Source: a virus. Taken from it: DNA of 64,000 nucleotides. This document shows, in pieces, positions 18,525-26,655 of the stretch. Under the pieces are notes generated by a model. That model saw nothing but the letters and a program-made list of their open reading frames with translations, was not told the DNA's origin and did not search any database. The position numbers were made by a program, and so were the translations under genes. The stretch lies in IMG/VR virus record IMGVR_UViG_3300045988_176028; one strand, 5' to 3'. The stretch's first letter is position 1, and every line of letters begins with the position of its first letter.

Positions 18525-19394
18525 TTAGGATACGAACGGGTTCATCGGCTCTTCATCGTCTGCCACGCCCGCGTCCGTGTCGGCATCATCGTTAGCCGAC
18601 TGGATGGAAGGGAGACTGGGACGGACTATGACACCGGTTTCCGTGACTTCGACTTTCAATTCCGGCCATGCGAGCTGAATCTTCTCCAACGCTCTCTTGA
18701 ACTTGCGTCTGAATTCACGCATCGGATACCCGTCATACTTGAACTGCATCAACAGGGCTTCCCATGTCACGCGCGTCTCATGGCGCATGGCATGGGCACG
18801 GAACGCGAGCCACTGGTATACGTCCAACGCGAGGGCATCGTTGCGAAGCTGGCGAACGATGGATGGGTTGAGAGGAACGCAGTTCTCCGTCAGCAGTGCC
18901 CACATCTCGGGGGAGAACTTTATGTAAGACTTCTTCGCCCCGTCATCGTCGTAGTTGAGTGACACTATGTTGGCAACGAAGAAAGAGTGGGCTGTGAATC
19001 CGCCAGTGGACCAGTTTTCAAGGACGATGGAGGTTGTCGCTAGATTCCTGACCATGTTCATTACCGTCTCCTTGCTGGACCCTGAATAGTGGATTCCAGT
19101 GCTCTTGCAGAATGAACGATAGGTGTCGTCCAAGTAGACGGTATGATTCTCTGCGTCCACACAGTCGCTACTGTTCTTGATGAGAGAACGGATGTGGATG
19201 AGGAACATTCTGGGGGCTGCTCCGTATGCCCATTCTCCGGTGGAGGCCGAGACTGTGATTGACGAGTTTCCGTTAATTTTTCTCATGGACTGAGATTCCG
19301 GTTTCGACTGCGGCAGGAAACTCAGCTTAGACATAACCGACGGCGTGTAGTTGTATGTATTCGACTTGTAGAGGTCTTTGCTATGATTGGTCAT
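18525..19394 (-). CDS. repA: Plasmid replication initiator (RepA-like, winged-helix type)
   Basis: GAAGGAG RBS. The ALALDVYQWLAFRAH and WEALLMQF segments are typical of RepA-type initiators. Iterons lie about 240 bp upstream of its start. Confidence 0.7.
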   Translation of the reverse strand: MTNHSKDLYKSNTYNYTPSVMSKLSFLPQSKPESQSMRKINGNSSITVSASTGEWAYGAAPRMFLIHIRSLIKNSSDCVDAENHTVYLDDTYRSFCKSTGIHYSGSSKETVMNMVRNLATTSIVLENWSTGGFTAHSFFVANIVSLNYDDDGAKKSYIKFSPEMWALLTENCVPLNPSIVRQLRNDALALDVYQWLAFRAHAMRHETRVTWEALLMQFKYDGYPMREFRRKFKRALEKIQLAWPELKVEVTETGVIVRPSLPSIQSANDDADTDAGVADDEEPMNPFVS

Positions 19395-19634
19395 GTGACC
19401 ACGACTCCTTCAGTGTTAGGTGGTTGCCATTCCCCGGCTGGTTCCAACAGTGCGGGGATTTTCTTTTCTCAGAACAGTATACGTCACTACCTACCCCTTA
19501 TAGATTCTTTTCTACCCTCCGTCTTTTTGTAGCTTCGAACTGCTTGCGAAAAAGGTCGAACGGGGCATGAGGAAGTGCCACAGAACGTGAGAAAGCGGAA
19601 CCAAAAGTTGGAACTTCTGACACACATAGACAAA

Positions 19635-19700
19635 AAAGTGGGCACTTTCGACACGGAAAGTGGGCACTTTCGACACGGAAAGTGGGCACTTTCGACACGC
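19635..19700 (+). repeat. Three abutting 22-bp direct repeats (iterons): AAAGTGGGCACTTTCGACACGG
   Basis: Copies at 19635-19656, 19657-19678 and 19679-19700 (the last base differs in copy 3). A half-copy TTTCGACAC lies at about 19733. Confidence 0.9.
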
Positions 19701-19740
19701 TTTCAACCCGAAACGCCTACTCCCATAAGGGATTTCGACA

Positions 19741-19900
19741 CCTGCAAAAGGTATACAAAAGATTACAAAAGATATTAATATCCCTTGTATTCCCTTCTTT
19801 TTCAAAAAACAAGTTTTTCAAAAAGAAGCAAAAAATCAAAAAATTAGAATAAAACCATTTTTTGATTCTACGTTCAGACAGGGTGAACCCTGAGCAACGA
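19741..19900. other. AT-rich stretch next to the iterons (DNA-unwinding-element-like)
   Basis: Tandem TACAAAAGAT x2 (19754-19773), repeated TTTTTCAAAAA, and an inverted AATCAAAAAAT...ATTTTTTGATT. Very low GC compared with its surroundings. Confidence 0.6.
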
Positions 19901-20125
19901 TTATCCTCAATGCTGTTTTTCGTTTCAACAACGTTGACGTTTAGACAGGTCTGAATGTTTTCGAGGGAAGAGAGAAAAAGAAAAGTTCCGGAAAAAGAAA
20001 AACAGAGAAGCCGACACCGCCGGTGGATGCATGTAGAAAACCCCGAAGCCGATATAGGAAACCTCGGACGGAAGGTAGACTTGAAGACAGTGCATGACAA
20101 GCGGAAATGAATTCGGAGCGGAACT

Positions 20126-21406
20126 GTGTTCGGAAGCAAGAAAGACAAGAACGGCAAACAGCCGATGGGCCAGCAGAAGGCGAAGCAGAACCCGAACAAT
20201 GAGACCGACCTGTTCGCTGATGAAAAAGAACGCAAGGACGAGATAGAACTCACCGCGTGGAAGAAGGCGTTGAAGAACACACAGAAGTGGAAGGTTCTCA
20301 TCATCCTGTTCATCTGCACCGGTCTGGTCGCCCCGATGATTTCCGTCCGCGCAATCAACACGTTGAACGAAATGGGTTCCTACCTGACGGAGAAGTACAA
20401 GGAAATCAGCGGCGACAAGCCCGGCAAGCAGGTCGCATTGCAAGCCGTGTACAGTTGGCTGGATGATGACAAGGGCGCTTTCCAATATGGGTATGCGAAT
20501 TTGTGGTGGAATGGTGCCACTGAAGTCAGCACTTCCACGTCGGATGATTCCGATGGTGCCACGACTCAGTATTGGAGCCATCAGATGTCCCTCACCGATA
20601 AGTCGGATGGAAGCACGAGGGATATCACCCAGCTTGTCGCCGTCACCGATGGTGTGGCTACTGCGGTGGGAACGCCGACCGTGCTTCCCAAGACCGTCAC
20701 TTCGAACAGCAATACGGACACGTACCGTCCCGACGGTTACATTCAGCTTGACCAGAACACAAGCCTGACGAACGTGGTCAGCGCTTGGTCTAAAGCGTAC
20801 ATCGGCAAAGACGCCAACGCTTTGACGGTACTTGTCGGAGACCCGAACAGCGACCACATGTACCAGCCAGCAAGCTTGGGTTCGTATCTGAACTCGTCCC
20901 TCGACTGGCTTGTGCAATGCACCAAGGACGGCAAGACCGTTGACAAGCAGAACAAGTCCGACAATCCCGAATGGGCGGCGGCGAGCGTCAGCATCTCGTT
21001 CAAACCCTACGAGAAGAAGGTTGACGCAAGCACCGCCAACGACCCGAACGCGGACACTGGTTCAACGAGCAACGTGGAGACGAGCGTCACCGTCCTCATC
21101 CATAATCCGACCCGTGGTAGCGCGAAAATCGTTGACTGGGGTGCCGAAGGCAGTCTGACCACGTTGAAGGCGTTCAGCAATGCCATCGACCGTTCGCTGA
21201 TTGGCTCTTCCAGCAGTGATGACGATGATGATTCTTCCGATTCCAGTTCATCGGATTCCGATAGCGGTTCCGGTGATGACGGTTCCGACAATGACGATTC
21301 CGACTCCTCCGATTCGGATTCGTCCGACAACAACGGCAGTAGTTCATCCCAGAATTCCGATGACGGTTCCGTAACCGGCGACCCCAATGAGGGGCCGAAC
21401 GACTAA
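20126..21406 (+). CDS. Bitopic membrane protein with a Ser/Asp-rich tail, TcpC/VirB8-like by architecture
   Basis: Basic N-terminus, a single TM (WKVLIILFICTGLVAPMI), a roughly 280-aa extracytoplasmic region, then about 60 aa of S/D/G/N low-complexity sequence. The function call is weak. Confidence 0.45.
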   Translation: MFGSKKDKNGKQPMGQQKAKQNPNNETDLFADEKERKDEIELTAWKKALKNTQKWKVLIILFICTGLVAPMISVRAINTLNEMGSYLTEKYKEISGDKPGKQVALQAVYSWLDDDKGAFQYGYANLWWNGATEVSTSTSDDSDGATTQYWSHQMSLTDKSDGSTRDITQLVAVTDGVATAVGTPTVLPKTVTSNSNTDTYRPDGYIQLDQNTSLTNVVSAWSKAYIGKDANALTVLVGDPNSDHMYQPASLGSYLNSSLDWLVQCTKDGKTVDKQNKSDNPEWAAASVSISFKPYEKKVDASTANDPNADTGSTSNVETSVTVLIHNPTRGSAKIVDWGAEGSLTTLKAFSNAIDRSLIGSSSSDDDDDSSDSSSSDSDSGSGDDGSDNDDSDSSDSDSSDNNGSSSSQNSDDGSVTGDPNEGPND

Positions 21407-21424
21407 TCCGAAAGGAAAACTAAA

Positions 21425-21559
21425 TTGACAGGACATAACAAGCCCAGTGAGGGTGACAAGTTCGCTGAGTTCATCAACAGCAATGGCCCGTTGACCGGTG
21501 CGATTATCGCCATCGCGTTCATCGTGTGTCTCGTCATCAGCATCATCTTGAACCTGTGA
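21425..21559 (+). CDS. Possible 44-aa single-TM peptide
   Basis: TTG start with AAAGGA upstream. Frame translated by hand (LTGHNKPSEGDKFAEFINSNGPLTGAIIAIAFIVCLVISIILNL). Below the length cutoff of the ORF track. Confidence 0.3.
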   Translation: MTGHNKPSEGDKFAEFINSNGPLTGAIIAIAFIVCLVISIILNL

Positions 21560-21581
21560 TGAGATTTTTTGGAGGTTTCCT

Positions 21582-22607
21582 ATGGCTAAGAAGAAAGGCG
21601 GAATGTCCGCCGGTTCCCTGCTTGGCGGCATTCTGGTCGTGTTGACGGCCATGGTGCTCATCGTGAATCTTGGATTGTGGACTCCCATGTCGAAGATTTT
21701 CGGATTGCCGGAAATCAACAGTCTATCCCAGTTGATGCCGGGTGAGGATTCCAAGGTGAAGCCGGATGTGAAATTAGGGTTGAAGGAGCCTTCCTTGAAG
21801 TCGTCCGGCTCCAATTCGCAAACCAATACTCCAGAAGCCGCAGAAACGCCCTCAGAAACGACGCAGACACAAAATGGGGACAATTCCTCAAGTCAAGCAC
21901 AAAAAGCCTCCACAAGCGTTCCTGAAGGTGCTTTAAGCCCTATCAGCACGAAACAGGCGCTTGACAAACTCGCTGACATCGAAACCGCAACCCCGCACAC
22001 CAAAGGATACAATCGCAAAACCGACTTCGGCACATGGCAGAACAGCAACCAGCTCTGCGGATACGGCACCACCCGCGACTACATCCTCAAACGCGACATG
22101 ACCGACGTGACCATGGACAAGAACTGCAAGGTGCTCACCGGCACCCTCCAAGACCCATATACAGGCAATGCCATCAAATTCCAGCGCGACACCTACGAGA
22201 CCGTCAACGGCAAACAGAAGAAAACAGGCGGAGACAGCATGGCCGTCCAAATCGACCATGTGGTGGCTGTCAACGACGCTTGGGCCAGCGGACTGTGGAA
22301 GGACTCGCGCAAGGGCGACCGCATCACCTATGCGAACGACCCGGAAGTGCTCGTCGCGTCCGAAGGAGAAGCGAACAACATCAAACAGCAGGGCGTGAAC
22401 CTTGTTAAGGACGAGGCGTTGAACGGTTCCTCGACCAGGTGGAAGGACGCAACGCCCAGCATTTGGCTCCCGTCCAACAAGACGTACCAATGCTCGTATA
22501 TGGCTAAACGCGTGTACATCAAAGACAAGTACAAACTGTCCATGAGCAGTTGGGAAAAAGCCGAAACGAAGTCGTTCCTCACGCAATGCGTGGCCGACGG
22601 GAACTGA
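21582..22607 (+). CDS. Membrane-anchored extracytoplasmic nuclease, DUF1524 / His-Me finger (GmrSD C-terminal-like)
   Basis: GGAGG RBS and an N-terminal TM anchor. GYNRKTDFGTWQ, QIDHVVAVNDAW and EGEANNIKQQG motifs. Confidence 0.6.
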   Translation: MAKKKGGMSAGSLLGGILVVLTAMVLIVNLGLWTPMSKIFGLPEINSLSQLMPGEDSKVKPDVKLGLKEPSLKSSGSNSQTNTPEAAETPSETTQTQNGDNSSSQAQKASTSVPEGALSPISTKQALDKLADIETATPHTKGYNRKTDFGTWQNSNQLCGYGTTRDYILKRDMTDVTMDKNCKVLTGTLQDPYTGNAIKFQRDTYETVNGKQKKTGGDSMAVQIDHVVAVNDAWASGLWKDSRKGDRITYANDPEVLVASEGEANNIKQQGVNLVKDEALNGSSTRWKDATPSIWLPSNKTYQCSYMAKRVYIKDKYKLSMSSWEKAETKSFLTQCVADGN

Positions 22608-22810
22608 TAGCCGGTTTCTCCATGAGACCCGTCGCCTGTAATCTATGGTTATAGAGATTCCATATGAGGGCGGCGGGTCGTCTTTTTGCGCGAGAGATAA
22701 GGGTTCATCTAGAAGAGAAAAACACCCGTTAAACCCCTTGTTGGGAAAATTTTTCCTGTTTTTCCGGTTTTTCACCAGATGAATGTTCGAGGTCGTTTAC
22801 TGTAACAGTT

Positions 22811-22950
22811 GAGACCGGGTTTTCGTGGTATATCTTCCACCATCTGGTTTCTTTCCCGGTCTCTGTGGAACGCTCCTCACGGGGAGTGTGTTTCGGGTTC
22901 CGCCACCCGTGTGTGGATTCTTTTTTTGGGTGGCGGAACCATTTTCTTTT
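22811..22950. other. Cluster of three stem-loops in a 430-bp gene-free gap
   Basis: GAGACCGGG (22811-19) pairs with CCCGGTCTC (22855-63). A small CTCC..GGAG hairpin lies at about 22873-87. A perfect 13-bp stem pairs GGTTCCGCCACCC (22896-908) with GGGTGGCGGAACC (22928-40), followed by a T-rich tail. Confidence 0.7.
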
Positions 22951-22985
22951 CTAATCGACATTGTGGCGATTTGAGAAGAGAATGA

Positions 22986-23007
22986 TGTTATACTAGAAGC
23001 GTTCACA
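22986..23007 (+). promoter_or_regulatory. Conserved promoter/leader box, copy 2 (TGTTATACTAGAAGCGTTCACA)
   Basis: Extended -10. Lies 33 nt upstream of the ATG at 23041. Confidence 0.6.
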
Positions 23008-23040
23008 CAATAACAGAAAAAGCCAGCCAAGGAGAAAAAC

Positions 23041-23412
23041 ATGAGCAACTACTTCAACAGCATCGAACATCAAATCAACCTCATGCTCGACAGGGAACAA
23101 GACCTCCAAGACGAACAGGAACAGCGCCTACGGGATATTCACGACGGCATCGGAGACTACGTGCTGTTGCCCGAAGGCGACCCGTGGAACATCGATGACT
23201 ACGAGCAAGACCCACAGCCCACCAACGTCAACAACACTTGCAGTCACGGACTCTATGTTGACGAAGGTGTGAAATCTGGAACCATGTATCATCTCAACCC
23301 TGACCTCGGACTGTGGGCGGCTTGTGACGACTACGAGGACATAGAAAAAATGGTCAGGGAAGGCAAAACGCTCACCCAGCCCATCGACGATTACGATTCG
23401 AAGCTCGCCTGA
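23041..23412 (+). CDS. Very acidic hypothetical protein (123 aa)
   Basis: AAGGAG RBS. D/E-rich throughout (DREQDLQDEQEQ, DDYEQD, CDDYEDIE). Confidence 0.65.
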   Translation: MSNYFNSIEHQINLMLDREQDLQDEQEQRLRDIHDGIGDYVLLPEGDPWNIDDYEQDPQPTNVNNTCSHGLYVDEGVKSGTMYHLNPDLGLWAACDDYEDIEKMVREGKTLTQPIDDYDSKLA

Positions 23413-23454
23413 GAAAGAATTTTTCCTGCAACCTTCCTTGTTTGCGAAAAACTA

Positions 23455-23476
23455 CGTTATAGTGGAACCAGTCACA
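23455..23476 (+). promoter_or_regulatory. Conserved promoter/leader box, copy 3 (CGTTATAGTGGAACCAGTCACA)
   Basis: TATAGT -10 with TCACA at the conserved distance. Confidence 0.5.
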
Positions 23477-23494
23477 AACAAGGAAGGTTCCTTT

Positions 23495-23827
23495 TTGAAC
23501 ACCGAAACGGACATCACGGACAGTCAAACCCAAGAACGTTCCCGTCCGCGCAAAGACCTTGACACCGTAGGAGGGTTCCTTGACTCCTGCAAGGACGAGA
23601 CGCCAATCCTGCTTTACTTCAACACAAACGACGGAATACAAAGAATCCCCCACATCCTAGGAGACCCGCCCACCGTCGGACAACTCCGACTCAACAAATA
23701 TCTGCGGCCACTGAAAATCCAACGAAGAGTCCGCTACCAGATTGCCGGAACCAGCGACACCGGCTGGGTCATCCGGGTCGATGAACGATTCAAGAAAAAG
23801 AAATACGTCAAAGCGTCGAAAGCCTGA
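23495..23827 (+). CDS. Hypothetical protein (110 aa)
   Basis: In-frame TTG at 23495 after AAGGAAGG. The track start at 23438 lies upstream of the promoter box. Confidence 0.5.
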   Translation: MNTETDITDSQTQERSRPRKDLDTVGGFLDSCKDETPILLYFNTNDGIQRIPHILGDPPTVGQLRLNKYLRPLKIQRRVRYQIAGTSDTGWVIRVDERFKKKKYVKASKA

Positions 23828-23852
23828 ATACTTGGAATATCAGAACAACACC

Positions 23853-24581
23853 GTGAACAAAAACTGCCTATACTCCAACGGAGACCGGGAAGCAGTCTTG
23901 CAGACCATCTTCCGTAGGGGAGTCCTCCCACAGGTCGTGGTGTACGCGCTCGGACTACTGGTGGCGGTATGGCTTCTCGCATATTCGAACTCCCTGACGG
24001 GAGGATGGAAAATCATCTTCCTGTTCCTGTCCATCCTGAACTTCGTGTCCGGAATCCGAGGACTCGTCAAGGTAAGCGCCAGCTGGACAACGCTCCGTGA
24101 CTGCGCGTATCCGAACATCGACGCGAACGCGGCTGAAACATGGGATTTGGCAGTATGGCTCGCCAACAGTCCGCAATTCGGAGGAACCCCAATCCGGGAT
24201 ATGCGACAGCAGGAACTACGTGAGGCATTGGATGAGTACGGGCCACTGTTCCAAGCGAACAATCTCGAAGACGTGACCATCCAACTGAACCGGTTGGAAC
24301 GGCTCATGCACGAAGTGGATTGGACAGGCCAATACGTTCATGCTCTCCTTCTATTCCGACAGTTGAAAGACTCGCATCTCAAATATTGGAGCCAACTGGA
24401 CGGAGCCTACCGTCAAACGTTAATAAAACTGACGTCAGGCATGCGTTTGGAAAACCTACGCGAAGACGTGCAACTCTCCCCACACCGCATGGTCATCTTG
24501 GACGGATTGCAGATTAACTGCGGACTGCACGGTACCGCAGGAAAGTACACCGTCGGCTATGAGGACGGCGGTGTACTGTGA
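23853..24581 (+). CDS. Membrane protein with two TM helices (start uncertain)
   Basis: GTG at 23853 is the first start that does not overlap the previous gene. The track ORF begins at 23742. TM helices are VVVYALGLLVAVWLLAY and IIFLFLSILNFVSGI. Confidence 0.5.
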   Translation: MNKNCLYSNGDREAVLQTIFRRGVLPQVVVYALGLLVAVWLLAYSNSLTGGWKIIFLFLSILNFVSGIRGLVKVSASWTTLRDCAYPNIDANAAETWDLAVWLANSPQFGGTPIRDMRQQELREALDEYGPLFQANNLEDVTIQLNRLERLMHEVDWTGQYVHALLLFRQLKDSHLKYWSQLDGAYRQTLIKLTSGMRLENLREDVQLSPHRMVILDGLQINCGLHGTAGKYTVGYEDGGVL

Positions 24582-24895
24582 ACTATCAGATGCTACGGGA
24601 CGCTCGTAGTGGACGAATCCACATGTTCTCCGACAATTGCTGGATGCTCCGGGACTGGGTGGCGAAAAACATCGGGCTGGAAGAGAACGGCGTAGCACTC
24701 ATACGCAGACTCGACCTGTTGGAAATGGAAAAATACTCCACCAAAATGATGGACAATCCCGAATCGTCCAGCGAGGAATACTGGCAAGCGAAAACCATGC
24801 ATGACGGCGTGGTCAGAACCTTCAAAGAACTATCGCCGGTGGCGCTACTCGAATACTGGGACTGTCTGAACGACACTCCCGTCAACATCCTCTGA
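24578..24895 (+). CDS. Hypothetical protein (105 aa)
   Basis: GTGA overlap with the upstream gene. Confidence 0.5.
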   Translation: MNYQMLRDARSGRIHMFSDNCWMLRDWVAKNIGLEENGVALIRRLDLLEMEKYSTKMMDNPESSSEEYWQAKTMHDGVVRTFKELSPVALLEYWDCLNDTPVNIL

Positions 24896-24932
24896 GCTTA
24901 GAAAAACCCCAAAACCTCTGAAAGGAGCAGCA

Positions 24933-25376
24933 TTGGACGAAGAATCCTCCACCCAACGTTTCCGTGTCCTCATGGCCGGTATCAGCGAAGGTGAGACCAG
25001 AATCCTCTACAACATCGAAAATGGAAGGTTGACCGCCGACATTCTCAAAAGCAACATCGGCAGACGACTGCTGGATGCCGGACTCATCCGACGTAACGGG
25101 CAATCAGCCCCGTCCCTCACCAAGGATGGCATGCGCCTCGTATCCACGCTCGCCCAAGGCGAGGCAGACCGTCCAATCCGACTATACGAGCGCAACAGCG
25201 AAACGCTGCTCCGCCAAGCCGGACAGGGAACGGCCAACGCATACAAGACCGGTTTCGAAAACGCCGCCGTCGAACTGTTGACCGACCGGCTTGTCCGACT
25301 TGACATCGCCTCCGGAACCCTCACCCTGCTTCCTGCGGGAACGGAACTCCTGTCCAAGCTCGACAAGGCGGCTTGA
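24933..25376 (+). CDS. Hypothetical protein, possibly winged-helix DNA-binding
   Basis: AAGGAG RBS and a TTG start. ETRILYNIENGRLTADILKSNIGRRLLDAGLIRRNG...LTKDGMRL resembles a MarR-type wHTH, though the match is weak. Confidence 0.5.
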   Translation: MDEESSTQRFRVLMAGISEGETRILYNIENGRLTADILKSNIGRRLLDAGLIRRNGQSAPSLTKDGMRLVSTLAQGEADRPIRLYERNSETLLRQAGQGTANAYKTGFENAAVELLTDRLVRLDIASGTLTLLPAGTELLSKLDKAA

Positions 25377-25377
25377 C

Positions 25378-25581
25378 ATGCTGGGCTGGCTGACTCAACA
25401 GAACGTGCTTGTGGCGATTGCTATTGGAGCCATCATCCTACTGCTCATGTTCCTCATCCCCGCCGTCGAGGAACTGGTCGGCACGTATACTCCGTTGGGA
25501 GAATTCTGCGAAAGGCCGAACATGAGATGGGCTGTGGTCATCCTGACCATCGTAGCGGTTCTCACGGTAGTGGTCATCTGA
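25378..25581 (+). CDS. Small two-TM membrane protein (67 aa)
   Basis: ATG at 25378 directly follows the previous stop. Two hydrophobic helices. Confidence 0.5.
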   Translation: MLGWLTQQNVLVAIAIGAIILLLMFLIPAVEELVGTYTPLGEFCERPNMRWAVVILTIVAVLTVVVI

Positions 25582-25595
25582 CTTTTTCCCTTGAC

Positions 25596-25624
25596 GGGGA
25601 CGGCTTGATGCCGTCCCTTTTTTG
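25596..25624 (+). terminator. Rho-independent terminator
   Basis: GGGGACGGC-TTGAT-GCCGTCCC followed by TTTTTT. Confidence 0.85.
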
Positions 25625-25634
25625 TTTCCCGCAT

Positions 25635-25657
25635 CAAGTATGGGACAGTGTTCCAGC
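25635..25657 (+). promoter_or_regulatory. Degenerate variant of the conserved box (CAAGTATGGGACAGTGTTCCAGC)
   Basis: AAGTAT -10-like hexamer, then GGGA..GTGTTCCA. Lies just after a terminator and before the gene at 25697. Confidence 0.3.
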
Positions 25658-25696
25658 CGACTAATCTAGGAAAGGAAAGACTCGAAAGGTGGAAAC

Positions 25697-25981
25697 GTGA
25701 AAGGCTTCCTAAAGAACCTATTGGCTTTGACCGGGCTGGCGTCCATCATCACCATGCTCGGCTCCCTCGCATATGTGGATAAGAAACTACATGATGTGGG
25801 CAACGAATACAAGTACGGCCCCGCACGGCATCTGGAGTATTTGAGCGCGCTGTTGCACTCCTTCAACCGTTCTATAGATGTTATTGCCGCCGACACGCAT
25901 CGGAAGGTGTGCGATGAGGAGAATCGGAAGTATGACCGTTTGGAGGATGAGCGGGAGAGGGCTTGGAGCGCGGCCCGCTGA
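25697..25981 (+). CDS. Hypothetical protein with an N-terminal TM or signal segment (94 aa)
   Basis: GTG start with GAAAGGTGG upstream. Confidence 0.5.
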   Translation: MKGFLKNLLALTGLASIITMLGSLAYVDKKLHDVGNEYKYGPARHLEYLSALLHSFNRSIDVIAADTHRKVCDEENRKYDRLEDERERAWSAAR

Positions 25982-26008
25982 GTATTTGGTTTTCTTTGCG
26001 TCTGTCTA

Positions 26009-26030
26009 TGTTATAGTGGAACTGTTCACA
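26009..26030 (+). promoter_or_regulatory. Conserved promoter/leader box, copy 4 (TGTTATAGTGGAACTGTTCACA)
   Basis: Extended -10. Lies 23 nt upstream of the ATG at 26054. Confidence 0.6.
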
Positions 26031-26053
26031 TAAAACAGATTCGAAGGAAGACT

Positions 26054-26311
26054 ATGAACCAAAAAGTCCTCATCACTCTCAACAACGGAGCGAAACGTAT
26101 CGTATACCGTGACGACCTCTGCCACGAGCTGGCCGACCTGCTCCGGCTCTACCTGCACGCCGACGCGTTGCCGGGAACAGGGGAACGTTGGGAACTGTTG
26201 AGGACGCTTGCATCCACTCTCATTGGTCGCGCTATCGAAAAAGGGCTTTTTGAGGACTGCGCCCGCGTGAACGTGTATCCGGTTTCTTTCCAAATGGTTC
26301 GGCCTGATTGA
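26054..26311 (+). CDS. Hypothetical protein (85 aa)
   Basis: GAAGGAAG RBS. Confidence 0.55.
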   Translation: MNQKVLITLNNGAKRIVYRDDLCHELADLLRLYLHADALPGTGERWELLRTLASTLIGRAIEKGLFEDCARVNVYPVSFQMVRPD

Positions 26312-26349
26312 CATATTCAACAAACTGAGTTACAGTGGAACTGTTCACA
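26308..26349 (+). promoter_or_regulatory. Conserved promoter/leader box, copy 5, with a perfect -35 (TTGACA-N17-TACAGTGGAACTGTTCACA)
   Basis: TTGACA at 26308-13, a 17-bp spacer and TACAGT at 26331-36. Confidence 0.7.
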
Positions 26350-26375
26350 CATATAGACCCAAAGGAGAAAACCAA

Positions 26376-26639
26376 ATGACCGTCAACGAACTCATCGAAC
26401 AATTAAAGAACCTACCCAAGGAAGTACGCGAACGCCCCATCATGGACGGCAATCCGAACAATGAATACTGGTTGGCCGACCTCCGCGCGATTTCAGTCGC
26501 CAAGGTCGTTGTATCCGGCGATGGCGCTTGTAACATGTACGACCCGGTACTTTCCGACGAGGAAAACATCGAAGAACTGGAAGACAGATACGACATGTCA
26601 ATGCATGTCGAACATCGGGCATTGGCATTCTTCAATTGA
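26376..26639 (+). CDS. Hypothetical protein (87 aa)
   Basis: AAAGGAG RBS. Confidence 0.55.
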   Translation: MTVNELIEQLKNLPKEVRERPIMDGNPNNEYWLADLRAISVAKVVVSGDGACNMYDPVLSDEENIEELEDRYDMSMHVEHRALAFFN

Positions 26640-26655
26640 GATAGGGGTCGTACAA

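Noticed and set aside
19635-19700. The direct repeats could have been a small CRISPR array.
   Set aside because: The three 22-bp units abut with no spacers, sit next to a rep gene and an AT-rich block, and no cas genes are present. They are iterons.
19717-22775. Minus-strand ORFs 19717..20361, 19925..20917, 21344..21883 and 21933..22775.
   Set aside because: They are antisense to the TcpC-like and nuclease genes, or they run through the AT-rich origin region. They have no RBS and implausible composition.
22760-22810. A possible SOS (LexA) box or other palindrome (GAATGTTCGAGG, ACTGTAACAGT).
   Set aside because: Only one GTTCGA half-site is present, and the ACTGT/ACAGT arms are 5 bp long. 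This is too weak to call.
24598-24625. CGTAGTGGACGAATCCACA, which resembles the 3' part of the conserved box.
   Set aside because: It has no TATAsT -10 hexamer and lies inside the first codons of gene 24578. It is probably a chance resemblance.
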